From Fibrobacterales bacterium (GTDB lineage Bacteria > Fibrobacterota > Fibrobacteria > Fibrobacterales > JAOPTW01): a stretch of 64,000 nucleotides of DNA. A program made the position numbers and the translations under genes. Shown one piece after another: positions 10,901-20,536 of this stretch. How positions within the stretch are numbered: position 1 is the stretch's first letter; every line of letters starts with the position of its first letter. Location: contig JAOPTX010000038.1 of NCBI GenBank assembly GCA_051532055.1, positions 1 through 64,000 of the forward strand. The letters run 5' to 3'. The notes beneath the pieces are model-generated. The model had not been told where the DNA came from and made no database searches. It saw nothing but the letters and a program-made list of their open reading frames with translations.

Positions 10901-11939
10901 GAAACTCATCGAGGCTGAGAGTATCGCTTACCGGTTCGTGAGTACCTCCGATATCAAGAGCAAGAGTACTGTCGACAAAAATCCAGAGGTCGTCATCACC
11001 ATTGAAGATAAACTGTTGCCCTGCGCGATACGTGAATGAAGTCTGGGTTTTCATACAGAAATGATAATTGTGCTGGTAACCTTTTGTAGAATCGACTGCG
11101 TAAGGCTCATTCCATTTCGAACTATAGGCAGAGCCTATGCGGTTTTTATTGTTTATAAAATCATCAAGAGGGAAAAATCCGGTATTGGGGACAAGTGGGT
11201 CAGTTGCGTAGTGAGTATCCCCTGTGTCGAGCACTTCGGTAAATGATGAAAATTCATAATTTCCTGTTACTGTATTAGGTTGCATTTGGATATCTTGACA
11301 ATTATAGTTTGATGAATCGGCGAGAGGCTTGAACCAATCGGTAAGTTTTGATGTCCTACATTCAGCCGCTCTTGGCGAAGCCGCATTAGCCATAGGAAGC
11401 CCTTCACTATTGAGAGATGCTCCAACAAGTCCGATTACTGCACCATTTGCAGTGTTTGTAGTACAGCCCATATTAGGGAATTGAAAAGCACTATCGAGAT
11501 CGTACTCATTCCAGTCAATGAACTCGCCAGGAAGAACAGACTTCAGGCAGTAGCCAGTTGTAGATGGTGTTGGTCGAGTGCTTTGAAAGTCGTAAAAAGA
11601 TTCTGACTTAAAATAGAGGTAGAGGGTGTCTTCAAAGAGAAATTGCTGCTGTCCATCCGTTAGGTAGTCAGTCTTTCCTTTGCCTGATTTTCCATATGTT
11701 TCATCAAACTTATTAGATAAATAAAAGTTTGAAAGTGTAGATGTGGTGCCGGTGTAGCTATACCAACCACATTGAGTTGTATCGGGCTCCATCGCAATAC
11801 TGATACCACTGATCACAATTTGTGGCTGAGTATTACTCCAGGGTGAAAAGAGGACTATTGTCTTGTCGTTTGCAGCAAATGCAACGGTAGATATTGCCGA
11901 CATTAAAATGAGGGCACGAGTAAAAAATGAGTGTACCAT
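7983..11939 (-). CDS. Secreted fibro-slime (PA14-like) domain protein with Ig-like repeats and Fibrobacter-type C-terminal domain
   Basis: Signal peptide; GFFPLD...HNYHFCM...FNGDDDLWIFVD..LALDIGGTH...FYCERHT..SN fibro-slime signature; C-terminal IYSNLGEFVA...WDPVSEDGRLVGNGVYL. Confidence 0.88.
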   Translation of the reverse strand: MVHSFFTRALILMSAISTVAFAANDKTIVLFSPWSNTQPQIVISGISIAMEPDTTQCGWYSYTGTTSTLSNFYLSNKFDETYGKSGKGKTDYLTDGQQQFLFEDTLYLYFKSESFYDFQSTRPTPSTTGYCLKSVLPGEFIDWNEYDLDSAFQFPNMGCTTNTANGAVIGLVGASLNSEGLPMANAASPRAAECRTSKLTDWFKPLADSSNYNCQDIQMQPNTVTGNYEFSSFTEVLDTGDTHYATDPLVPNTGFFPLDDFINNKNRIGSAYSSKWNEPYAVDSTKGYQHNYHFCMKTQTSFTYRAGQQFIFNGDDDLWIFVDSTLALDIGGTHEPVSDTLSLDEFLAGEGTNTIGSRHTFDLFYCERHTLQSNIQIQTDIDFDQPIKYGHTKSSTQYTITDGEEPTNGCQAQSTIISKISKFYLSRDGVVDVTDEELEKGSTYYQGISIDMNGFQFTLDVPKINGLKADSTYYIIHESISSTSSKPQLDSVAFIAPKYPPYSIVFTDSEGNPIDSSYTLPTNESVRLYTIIMDKTSDGTEFICTECDDSYAISLPNNSIELKDYKKSYSNGIFSFEITPDNDVLSIDDLKLTVIYDGTGTNQGNEQSVLTPSITFTEVDGPYIKLAEIYDNGTYIKEAKLNSVSDGWADSVVISIGNWQGEPEEITLCIGKSDDDCQSTTFTPDDWSTLTPGDSTLVITRNFTYANAGYFTNIGGYADAFFYEKGGKRFESQRELDDMIGPVIIHTVIKKDPLLEDGHGEDTLTVTFSEPVENVRAEDWVFIINDSIVQVSSVIDNQRSEIWDFTIDVSQFTIVEGDSISLYPLSGLQDRQGNIPGDPNIKVPVEEISIENIPRRYGHYFLDMNEDGIMDRISLVYSWPIVSAEFGGNDVLFQWINKENSVIELHPTSSDWTPDPEDPYRMYWNVPASLNIKPYMTYIYDEEFSTATVFNIDTNYIIDTITKEQERTLISESLDTIVETIVISTFDTTDIKITTKTDTINMEDKMSPVIKSALLVKGAAKDSKTGAPIDSLFLSFSEEVETKDMINKGRENYFFKHKDSESNTAGTTTILEAEDSDWSQKDQTLTYLDKSSNTFRLTPADSIRLRSNTRYVIDAHGNSPGDNAPWVVIKGRMEPEAGINPYQEYVSGQEKLDNFEQNNGSAFYARTIINDSIGQTTKALALETSKKYQQVGILVQGNWWNIIQGSIDKKAFKSIPDDEIKDHLSFSYRMTIYSNLGEFVAQNRKMIECTDKIFDGDCTNPDVDRWLWIGWDPVSEDGRLVGNGVYLSIFEYSIHYPSGATPRKVRRDRFGYIRTGQN

Positions 11940-12045
11940 AGCTTCCCAATTGAAAAACTAACTCGTGTAAAATAGGGACGCGAATCAGTTAGAACGTACG
12001 TGGCACTAAGATAGGTTAATTGCATACCCAATACAAACAAAGTAA

Positions 12046-12064
12046 TGTAAAAAAAGAGGTAACA
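12046..12064. promoter_or_regulatory. TGTAA-N9-TTACA-type operator (1 mismatch)
   Basis: TGTAAAAAAAGAGGTAACA, 17/19 identical to the copy at 28907. Confidence 0.5.
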
Positions 12065-12164
12065 TAAGGTGGTGTAACGGAGTACTGTCAAAAGGTGGGT
12101 TGTGATGATTTATTGCATACCATTAGAAAAAATTGTTACTTTATGCAAAACTGAGGATAGGAAT

Positions 12165-13061
12165 ATGGAAGAACAGCCAATATCTCAAGAGAACCGCATT
12201 ATTGCCTTTAACCAAGGCTCAGCTGATCAATATGGTGAATTTCGCATTAAAATTCTCTTCCCTGTGGAGCACAAGCAGGAATGTAAGTTTTCTGAGGAGG
12301 TAACCATTGGGAGAGGCTCTTCGAATGATATCATTTTAAAAGATGAGTGGCTCTCTCGATCTCATTGCAAGATTTTTGTAGAAAACCATGAAATTTATGT
12401 AGAAGATTTAGGATCGACTAATGGTACTGTGGTTAATGGAATGGCGGCAACTCATTGTATTAAGCTTAATCGGGGTGATGAAATAGAGTTGGGGCAAATT
12501 ATAATTGTAGTTGAGCCCTGCCTTGAAAGTGTTGTTGAGGAATCTGCCCAAGAAGAAGTTAGTGAGGTGACCGTACTTTCTGGCGTGATGGATAATGAGA
12601 CTTTTTGGGATAGCTTCTGTGAGCAGGTGACTGCAAATGAGAATCAAAAGGCGGGCTCTTCGCTTCTTTGTATCAAAATTGATAAAATAAAAGAATTGAT
12701 GGTGAGTTATGATGAGATCATCAAAGAGTTTTTAATGCTCGAGATTTCACGGTATCTTAATAATGAGAAGCTGTCAGACGAAATTGTGGGGCGCTACGAT
12801 GACTGTTTTCTTTACTATCTACAGGGTGTTGATCAGGATAAGGCTGCATCATTTGCCGAATATATCTGTAAATCTATTAAGCAACACCGATTTATGTATA
12901 ATCAGAGTTCAATAGAACTCACGATATCAATAGGGCTAGCTCACCAAAACCCTGGTGAGCGTCCAACCCCTGAAAATCTCTATAGAGTAAGCCAGCTGGC
13001 TTGTAATCAAGCTCAAGAAGATGGGGGGAATGTGGTGATGGAACAGCCTTGTTATGAATAA
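12165..13061 (+). CDS. FHA domain + degenerate GGDEF domain protein
   Basis: FHA motifs IGRG..NDI, LSRSHC and EDLGSTNGT. GGDEF fold (LTISIGLA, GGNVV), but the active site reads GRYDDCF. ATG at 12165 follows GAGG/AGGA. Confidence 0.82.
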   Translation: MEEQPISQENRIIAFNQGSADQYGEFRIKILFPVEHKQECKFSEEVTIGRGSSNDIILKDEWLSRSHCKIFVENHEIYVEDLGSTNGTVVNGMAATHCIKLNRGDEIELGQIIIVVEPCLESVVEESAQEEVSEVTVLSGVMDNETFWDSFCEQVTANENQKAGSSLLCIKIDKIKELMVSYDEIIKEFLMLEISRYLNNEKLSDEIVGRYDDCFLYYLQGVDQDKAASFAEYICKSIKQHRFMYNQSSIELTISIGLAHQNPGERPTPENLYRVSQLACNQAQEDGGNVVMEQPCYE

Positions 13062-13204
13062 TCGGGTGACTTCATTGTAAATAAGCCCCTCTTTAAGTGT
13101 TAAAAATTCATATTTCTCCACCGGCCATGAGCCTTCGACCTTCAGCCTTGCTATTTTTTTTCCTATCTTTTGCATCAACTTTTCCATCTTAATATGAGAA
13201 TACG

Positions 13205-14476
13205 ATGCTCGATATACGATTAATTAGAGAAGAACCTGAAAAAGTTCAAAAAGGGGTTCGCGAAAAAGGTGTAGAGATTGATGTACAAGACATTCTTACG
13301 CTTGACCAAGAACGTAAAGACTTGCTCTCAGAAGTAGAGTCTTTAAAGGCTCTAAGAAACTCTGCATCAAAGAAAATAGGCGCAGCCAAAAAAGCTGGTG
13401 AAGACGCCGCTACAGCAATCGCTGAAATGAAGAAAGTCGGTGATGATATCGCAACTCTTGATGGGCGGGTAAAAGAGAAAGATGAAGAATTACAAAACAT
13501 CTTGCTTCGATTACCAAACCTTCCGCATGCGTCAACTCCTGAAGGCACGAGCGAAGATGATAACGTTCCAGTGCGGAGCTGGGGAGAGCCTACAGTCCAT
13601 GATTTTGAGGCTAAAGATCATAAAGAGGTGGGGGAAGCTTTAAAAATGTTTGATTTTGCACGTGGTGCAAAAATATCGGGATCAGGATTCCCCGTTTTCA
13701 CTGGCAAAGGCGCTAAACTCGAGCGTGCACTAATCCAGTTTTTTCTTGATCGTCATACAGACACTAATGGATTTACTGAGGTGATCCCTCCATATTTGGT
13801 AAATAGAACAACAATGACAGGAACGGGCCAACTTCCAAAAATGGAAGAAGACATGTATCGGTGCGATAAAGACGATGATCTTTTTTTAATTCCGACAGCA
13901 GAGGTTCCTGTTACAAATCTTCATGCGAATGAAGTGCTTAACCCTAAAGACCTCCCTATATCATACTGTGCCTATTCAGCGTGTTTTAGGAGAGAAGCCG
14001 GTTCTTATGGCGCTGACACTCGTGGATTTTTGCGTTTACATCAGTTCAATAAAGTCGAGATGGTTAAGTTTGTAGAGCCAGAGAACTCTTACGATGTTTT
14101 GGATGAGCTTGTTGGGTATGCTGAATCACTTCTGCAAGAGCTCGGGCTTCATTATCGTGTTCTTGAATTGTGCAGAGCTGACCTTAGTTTTGCCGCTGCA
14201 AAATGCTTTGACATGGAAGTGTGGAGTCCGGTAGAGAAAAAGTGGCTTGAAGTATCTTCTGTATCAAATTTTGAAGATTTTCAAGCGAGAAGAGCTAATA
14301 TTAAGGCAAAAATTGGTGGCAAAAACACTTTTATTCACACTCTCAATGGTTCGGGCCTTGCAACACCAAGAGTTCTCGTTGCACTTATTGATAATTATCA
14401 AAATGCAGACGGGTCGATAACGATACCTGAAGTCTTGCGGCCATATATGGGCGGTATTGACGTAATTACACTATAG
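13205..14476 (+). CDS. serS: Serine--tRNA ligase
   Basis: MLDIRLIR N-terminal coiled coil, LIPTAEVP, FRREAGS, RLHQFNKVE, LNGSGLA. Confidence 0.98.
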   Translation: MLDIRLIREEPEKVQKGVREKGVEIDVQDILTLDQERKDLLSEVESLKALRNSASKKIGAAKKAGEDAATAIAEMKKVGDDIATLDGRVKEKDEELQNILLRLPNLPHASTPEGTSEDDNVPVRSWGEPTVHDFEAKDHKEVGEALKMFDFARGAKISGSGFPVFTGKGAKLERALIQFFLDRHTDTNGFTEVIPPYLVNRTTMTGTGQLPKMEEDMYRCDKDDDLFLIPTAEVPVTNLHANEVLNPKDLPISYCAYSACFRREAGSYGADTRGFLRLHQFNKVEMVKFVEPENSYDVLDELVGYAESLLQELGLHYRVLELCRADLSFAAAKCFDMEVWSPVEKKWLEVSSVSNFEDFQARRANIKAKIGGKNTFIHTLNGSGLATPRVLVALIDNYQNADGSITIPEVLRPYMGGIDVITL

Positions 14477-14477
14477 T

Positions 14478-14930
14478 ATGAATGAATTTTTGAAAAATCA
14501 GCCATTTAAATCTCAGTCTGAAGAAGAGACTGAGCTGTGGGCACGTGAGTTTTCTCGTTATTTAAAGCCTGGTGACTCTATTGCGCTTCATGGAAATCTT
14601 GGGGCGGGTAAAACCGTAGTAAGTCGAGGGGTTTCTCGAGGCTTGGGATATATGGGAAATGTGCACTCACCCACTTACTCTTTGGTGCATGAATATCAAA
14701 ATGACCCTCTTATTTACCATATCGACCTCTATCGTTTACCTGAAGGTGCTGATTTTGATGAAATAGGTGTGGAATATTATAGTTTTGGAAAGGGGGTCAC
14801 CTTAATTGAATGGCCGGAACGGCTTGATGAGCTTAATGTAGGAATTACTCATGAAGTTGTAATAGAGCATTGTGATGAAAGCACCCGTTTAATCACTGTG
14901 ACGGAGGTTAAGTCTCAGAGTAAAAAGTAA
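14478..14930 (+). CDS. tsaE: tRNA threonylcarbamoyladenosine biosynthesis ATPase TsaE
   Basis: LHGNLGAGKT, VHSPTYSLV, YHIDLYRL, LIEWP. Confidence 0.96.
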   Translation: MNEFLKNQPFKSQSEEETELWAREFSRYLKPGDSIALHGNLGAGKTVVSRGVSRGLGYMGNVHSPTYSLVHEYQNDPLIYHIDLYRLPEGADFDEIGVEYYSFGKGVTLIEWPERLDELNVGITHEVVIEHCDESTRLITVTEVKSQSKK

Positions 14931-15070
14931 AATTGCACCAAAGAACTCACCATTTTTTAATAATAATTTGGGTATTTGTGTGACTGAGCGTATATTAAAA
15001 GGTATCTCTATCATATAGACGTTGGTTTTTATTGGGTAGAGTGGGGTATAGATAACACCGGGAGAACTAC

Positions 15071-16720
15071 ATGCAGCATCAATTGCCTCATGTACAGTCA
15101 GTTCGAAAGAAGCAAAGAGAGATTTTCTCTATTTGGGTGTTACGCCGTTTTCTTGTTTGTATAGTTTTCTATTTTCTTGTTGTTCTCATGGGGTGTAGTC
15201 AAGTTGAACGCTCCAATCCATTAGATTCAAAAGGCAAAGAAAATACCCCTGATGGTATAGTTGAGGAGAGTCATGAGAGTTCTGAGTCTCAATTGCCATC
15301 CTCAGAAGATGAAGTTATTTTTGTAGAGCCAATGAGTTCATCTCAGACCAGTTCGTCTTCAACGACAAGTACAAATGAATCATCAGAAGGACGGACAAGT
15401 TCTTCTTCAAGTAGTGAGCCTATTACCATCCCAGTCATCGAGCCATTCACTATTGCCCAAGGCAATGATTTAAATGTGATTATGGATGAGGGTAACGAGG
15501 GGTCTGACCTCTTTTTTAAATTGAATGCAATAAATAGCATCGGTGAAAAAATTAATTGGGGCGTTGCAGATAAACCTTTGGTAGGTGTTGTCAATATTGA
15601 TAAGGTTGGCCATGAAATAGCGGTTAGTTATCAGGTTCCTGCTTATTATAATGGTATTGAATCATTTTTAATTGTTGCAGAGAGTGGTGTTGAAAAAGAT
15701 ACTATTGAAATAAGTGTTACAGTAAGTGCAAAAAACACCCCGCCACAGTTTACAAAAAAAGCCTCAATTACTGGTATTGACAGTGTAAGAAAGACGCTTT
15801 CTGTTTCTGCAGCTGAGTGTGTTGATACTCTTGATGGTGGCGGTACAGTTGTTCCTACATATAGCTGGTATAGAAGCGTTGAAGATGTAGCCTTGAGTGA
15901 TGGAGTTCTCGTTGCTCTTTCAACGGAATATACATTGATAGCTGAAGATAAAGGTCACTATATGTATGTTATAACGAGCTGTGAAGATACTGAGGGTGAA
16001 GCGGTGCATGACACTACAAGGACCTCGAATAGTATAGCGGTTTTTAGGCCCCCATTTCCAGGTAATGCCATGGAATTTAATGGTTCTAATCAATATGTGG
16101 TAATTGATACGATCAAGCCTGTTCTTACAAAGGGCCTCACTTTTGAGCTTTGGGTTAATTGGCACTCCATAGAGCCATGGTCTCGGCTTATTGAAATTAC
16201 GAATGCAGAAGGGGTAGCTTTTAATAATATTTACTTGGCAGCAGGACCTACTGTGGGTGAGCTTAGATTTGATATTTTTAGTGGGAATTGGCTTGATTCT
16301 ACAAAGCATTGTTACGCACATAATTTTATAGAGTTGAATAAATGGATCCATGTAGCTGCATCAGTCGATGCCAATGGGTATGCTCAAATTTATAAAAATG
16401 GTGTAAGGGTTAAAGAGTGCTTTACTCAACCACCGGTTAATACTGATCGTGCGGTAAATTTTATTGGCAAGTCAAATTCTGAGAATGACCCACTGTTTCG
16501 TGGAGCTATGGATGAAGTTCGGATTTGGGGTGATGTTCGAACAACAGATGAGATACTATACTACAAGGATAACCCGCTGGAAGGTGATGAAGAACATCTA
16601 ATACTCTATTATGATTTCTTTGATTATGGCGATGGTAAGTTGACTGACCTTTCCGGCTCTGTTCATGGCACCTATGTTAATATGGTTACCGGTATTGACA
16701 GTGTAGAATCGTTCAGATAG
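15071..16720 (+). CDS. Modular surface lipoprotein 1: Ser linker, tandem-95/Big_9-like Ig, disulfide Ig, LamG
   Basis: Lipobox VLMGC, YQVPAYYNGIESF, C-x-D...YSWY...C Ig module, LamG (AMEFNGSNQYV, NKWIHVA, FRGAMDEVRIW). Confidence 0.82.
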   Translation: MQHQLPHVQSVRKKQREIFSIWVLRRFLVCIVFYFLVVLMGCSQVERSNPLDSKGKENTPDGIVEESHESSESQLPSSEDEVIFVEPMSSSQTSSSSTTSTNESSEGRTSSSSSSEPITIPVIEPFTIAQGNDLNVIMDEGNEGSDLFFKLNAINSIGEKINWGVADKPLVGVVNIDKVGHEIAVSYQVPAYYNGIESFLIVAESGVEKDTIEISVTVSAKNTPPQFTKKASITGIDSVRKTLSVSAAECVDTLDGGGTVVPTYSWYRSVEDVALSDGVLVALSTEYTLIAEDKGHYMYVITSCEDTEGEAVHDTTRTSNSIAVFRPPFPGNAMEFNGSNQYVVIDTIKPVLTKGLTFELWVNWHSIEPWSRLIEITNAEGVAFNNIYLAAGPTVGELRFDIFSGNWLDSTKHCYAHNFIELNKWIHVAASVDANGYAQIYKNGVRVKECFTQPPVNTDRAVNFIGKSNSENDPLFRGAMDEVRIWGDVRTTDEILYYKDNPLEGDEEHLILYYDFFDYGDGKLTDLSGSVHGTYVNMVTGIDSVESFR

Positions 16721-16728
16721 CACCGAAT

Positions 16729-16843
16729 CTTGTAAAGTATTGCTTTACACTAGGTTTTTCTGTGCTCATAAAATTTTCAACTATTTTGGGTGTTTTACCT
16801 GTAATTTTGAGCTATTATAGCTTGTAAAGTCTTAATTTACACT
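16729..16843. promoter_or_regulatory. Two copies of palindromic TGTAAA-N7-TTTACA operator
   Basis: CTTGTAAAGTATTGCTTTACACT (16729-16751) and CTTGTAAAGTCTTAATTTACACT (16821-16843). Confidence 0.65.
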
Positions 16844-16996
16844 CTTCTAATTCCTTAAAAACAGTAGGCTTAGAGGAAATATTCATTTTATTTCACTTTG
16901 ACAAAAAAAGACCATTGCCACTTCCTACATATAACATATATTAGTATAACTGGGGTTATTTCCCGAGTAGTTTTTTAGTCAATAAGGGTCGCTAAA

Positions 16997-19900
16997 ATGA
17001 CAGTTATGAGAGGGTCGATCGTACATGTGTGTACAGTGCTTATTACGTTAAGCTTGTTTCACTGTGCAGAAAGCTTTCCAGTTGTAGCTGCAGTACCTGA
17101 CTCAAGTGATGCATCAACATCTTCTGCTGATGAAATCTCCTCCTCTGAAAATGTAATTGCGCAAGACCTTGAACATACCATAGAAAGAATGGTTCAACTT
17201 TTTGATCAGCTCGATACTTTTGAGCACGTGTATCGTGAAAATTTTGCAACTGATACGAGTATGTCTCTAGAAAAAGAAGCTCTCTTATTACAAATAAAAA
17301 GCACGATTGATTCTTTAGATGTATACAAGGATAAAGCATGGCTCAATTCTGATTTTCTGAATGGTATATCTATAAATGGTGTTACACGAATTGATGTTGA
17401 GGAGCGGGTTCATTTTGTTTCGTCCTATGTAAGTGTTATCAAGAGCTATGAGTATAAATTGCCAAAATCCGAGGGTGAAGATGTTTTTGAAAAATCAGAT
17501 TTTGATGTAGATCCTAATACTGCTCCTGCAGTTGATGGTAATTATTATCCAATCTTTGAAGCGGGACAAAGTAAAGTAGTATACGCGAATGAAGACGAAG
17601 TGTCTTGGATTAACATAATGGTTACGGAATTAAATGATGATATGCTCGAAATGAGTGTGTTAAAACCATTTTCTAATGCACGTTTAAGCTTTACAAATGA
17701 CCCAAGCAGTGAAAATTTAAAACAGAGTGGCAACCGTTGGGCATATGGGATTGAGTTTGAGCCCACTGAAAATTTTAATGGCCTTGATACCTCAATCATT
17801 CAAATAAGTGATGGCGAGTTGAATGACACCTTGCAACTGATATTTGATATTGCACCTCAGAATGATAACCCTATTTTAAAGGGTATAGCTAATATTAATA
17901 ATGTTCACACTGAAGGTGATACTCTCATTGCTAGTTTAGTGTCTGGTGATTGTATCGATCCAAATGATTCTGGGACTCCACCAGAACTTATTTATGCATG
18001 GTATCGAGATGTTGATAATATTAAAAATAATGGCAATGAAGAACGAACGGATGATTTCAAAGACCAGATTGTATTGCAAGAGAGTGATACTGCTTATTAC
18101 TATTATGTGGTAGCAATCTGTATGGATGGTGAAAGTTTTATCTTGTCGGAAAGAGATACTTCACGGTACACAGACAAAGTTCTTCTTAACGACTATGCAC
18201 CAACATTTGTTGATGGTGACCGCAAATATATTGAAGGCTATGAAGATGCGGTTCACACATTTAAAATAGCCGCTGTAGATGATAAAGATTCAATTGATTG
18301 GTGGCCAGTAAATTCTGAATCAAGCCACGGTAAAGTTGTTGTGAAAAAAGATAAAGGGAATATAGCCCAATTCGAATATGAGCCAAATCCAAATTATTAT
18401 GGTGAAGATGAGTTTGAAATTGTTGCCAAAGGTGGTAAACGATCTGATACGGTTACTGTTATTGTGGAGACATATTCTGTGAATGACGCTCCTCAGGTAG
18501 TATTCACTAAAAAGTCTCCTGATGGAGTTGTTGTAGAAAATGAAGCGTTGACGATTGAGGCTTCATGTTCTGATGTTGATGGTAAGAATGATATTGCTCA
18601 ATTGTCTTATAAATGGTATTCAGAGGCTCATAATTCAGGTTATAATGGGGATGAAGTTGGTAAGGATCAAATTTCTTCTGGTTCAGAAGAAAGTAGTTTG
18701 ACTATTGATAGTAATATGGTTAATGCATACGTATATGCTATTGTTGAATGCCAAGACTTAAATGGTGTGATTGCAGTAGATACATCATATTATTCTGATT
18801 ATATATTTGAAGAAGAAAAGGACTGGGCGGATAATGTTTTGGCATTTGATGGTCAAAAAGATTGGATTGACCTGGGTGATATTACACCTAACTTGAATAA
18901 CGGTATTACACTAGAAGCAATGGTGTATTGGGAAGGTAATACTGGGAAAGATAATATCTTGATGTTGAGCGATGAATCAGGTAAGAATAGAGTTTCTCTT
19001 GGCCGCCATAATCAAGATACGTTAGCCATAACCATTGTTAATGATGAAATCTATACTATAGGCGCAGTGAAAGGGTTTATTAATGACAATCAATGGACGC
19101 ATATAGCGGTAACTATTGAAAGTGGTCAACCGGTTAGAGTTTATAAAAATGGATTTTTAGTTTCTGAATCAGATTTAGGTTTCCCTAATGTCGTTCATTG
19201 GACTAAAAATTCTATTGGTAAAGGTTTTGAAGATAATAATGAGATGTTTAAAGGCAAGATAGATGAAATTAGAGTTTGGGAAGATGTTCGTTCTGCGGAA
19301 GAGATAAGAACTTCGATGTTTTCTGAAATGACTGATCAGGTATCACAACTTTATGCTGCATGGGATTTTAATAATGTTGGCGGAGCCATCCTCTGGAATG
19401 TAAAAAGTATACGTCAAAACGGTATATTAGTTGCAATGGATAATAGTAATTGGCTTAAGACAATGAAAAAAATTGATCTTAAAATTTATTCTAATTATAG
19501 TGCAGTTTTGGATACCATGAATGTTACCATTGCTGAGAATATGTTGTTTCCATTGTCGTATACTCCATCAAATGGGTTCGAATTTAAATCTTGGGAACTT
19601 GATCAAAGTAATGGAGTTATTACTGATCCGAATCAACAAATTACCTATTTCACTGGAGTTGAAGATGCATTAATTCAATTAAAGTGTAATGATGTCTGGG
19701 CTCCAGACGCGCCAAGTGGAATTCATAGTGAAAGTCATGATGATGGCTCATTTGTGCTAAAATGGAATAAACCTAATGATAATGTGGGAACAGTAGGGTA
19801 TACAATATATAGAGATGGTGAGTGGTATGGAGAAACTAATACTGAGGAGATGTACTTAAATGTCATTGGATCAGGTACTTATACTATAGACGCCTTTGAT

Positions 19901-20332
19901 CTCGAAGGTAGAAAATCTTTAGTAAGTAACCCACTTGTACATTTTGAAGCAGAAGATTGGTTAAGTGGATTAAATATAGTATCTGACACTATTGATGCTG
20001 TTGGGTTGGTAAAGAGCGTTGATGATGCAAAGGTCAGTATTAGGTGGAATGGACAGTTTTTTGATACTGGTGTACCTGCTGGAGAGTATAATATTGCATA
20101 TAGAATTAAGCCACTAAATACAGGTGATGAATTTGAATCTGAAGTACTGTATAAAGGCGAAAAGAAATTGAGTATATCAGGGCAAAGTATTGATGCGGAA
20201 AATGGTTGGACTTATGTAGTGTCTTCCGATTCGTTCGATTTTGATGGTGATCTTAACTCCCCTTTCTTTTTAGATTTTGATCAAAGTGAATTTATGGTAG
20301 ACTGGATTCAAATGCAACCGATCAACAACTAA
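16997..20332 (+). CDS. Modular surface lipoprotein 2: helical N-region, 2x(Big_9-like + disulfide Ig), LamG, B-repeat-like, FN3, CBM6/35-like tip
   Basis: LSLFHC lipobox; FEPTENFNG and YEPNPNYYG repeats; LamG FKGKIDEIRVW; FN3 LKWNKPNDNVGTVGYTIYRDG; tip FEAED...VDWIQM. Confidence 0.82.
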   Translation: MTVMRGSIVHVCTVLITLSLFHCAESFPVVAAVPDSSDASTSSADEISSSENVIAQDLEHTIERMVQLFDQLDTFEHVYRENFATDTSMSLEKEALLLQIKSTIDSLDVYKDKAWLNSDFLNGISINGVTRIDVEERVHFVSSYVSVIKSYEYKLPKSEGEDVFEKSDFDVDPNTAPAVDGNYYPIFEAGQSKVVYANEDEVSWINIMVTELNDDMLEMSVLKPFSNARLSFTNDPSSENLKQSGNRWAYGIEFEPTENFNGLDTSIIQISDGELNDTLQLIFDIAPQNDNPILKGIANINNVHTEGDTLIASLVSGDCIDPNDSGTPPELIYAWYRDVDNIKNNGNEERTDDFKDQIVLQESDTAYYYYVVAICMDGESFILSERDTSRYTDKVLLNDYAPTFVDGDRKYIEGYEDAVHTFKIAAVDDKDSIDWWPVNSESSHGKVVVKKDKGNIAQFEYEPNPNYYGEDEFEIVAKGGKRSDTVTVIVETYSVNDAPQVVFTKKSPDGVVVENEALTIEASCSDVDGKNDIAQLSYKWYSEAHNSGYNGDEVGKDQISSGSEESSLTIDSNMVNAYVYAIVECQDLNGVIAVDTSYYSDYIFEEEKDWADNVLAFDGQKDWIDLGDITPNLNNGITLEAMVYWEGNTGKDNILMLSDESGKNRVSLGRHNQDTLAITIVNDEIYTIGAVKGFINDNQWTHIAVTIESGQPVRVYKNGFLVSESDLGFPNVVHWTKNSIGKGFEDNNEMFKGKIDEIRVWEDVRSAEEIRTSMFSEMTDQVSQLYAAWDFNNVGGAILWNVKSIRQNGILVAMDNSNWLKTMKKIDLKIYSNYSAVLDTMNVTIAENMLFPLSYTPSNGFEFKSWELDQSNGVITDPNQQITYFTGVEDALIQLKCNDVWAPDAPSGIHSESHDDGSFVLKWNKPNDNVGTVGYTIYRDGEWYGETNTEEMYLNVIGSGTYTIDAFDLEGRKSLVSNPLVHFEAEDWLSGLNIVSDTIDAVGLVKSVDDAKVSIRWNGQFFDTGVPAGEYNIAYRIKPLNTGDEFESEVLYKGEKKLSISGQSIDAENGWTYVVSSDSFDFDGDLNSPFFLDFDQSEFMVDWIQMQPINN

Positions 20333-20351
20333 CATTAAAATTTATAATCCT

Positions 20352-20390
20352 AAAAAGGTTCACTCATTGTTATAATGGGTGAACCTTTTT
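20352..20390 (+). terminator. Intrinsic terminator after lipoprotein 2
   Basis: AAAAAGGTTCACTCATT-GTTAT-AATGGGTGAACCTTTTT. Confidence 0.8.
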
Positions 20391-20536
20391 CTATTCGTAT
20401 TATACTAATATTATTGAGGAATGAGGTTAAAACCCAAATGGCTATTTGAATGGTGTTGGCAGTCGATACTTTTGGATAATAACTTCTATATTTATTTGAG
20501 GTGTTTATAGGGGGACAGGGCAAAAAGAGAGTATAT

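Noticed and set aside
12001..12015. TGGCAC as a sigma54 -24 element (also 35985-35971 on the minus strand)
   Set aside because: No TTGC at the required -12 position.
13062..13204. Possible T-box leader before serS
   Set aside because: Region is too short and lacks the T-box bulge consensus and a terminator.
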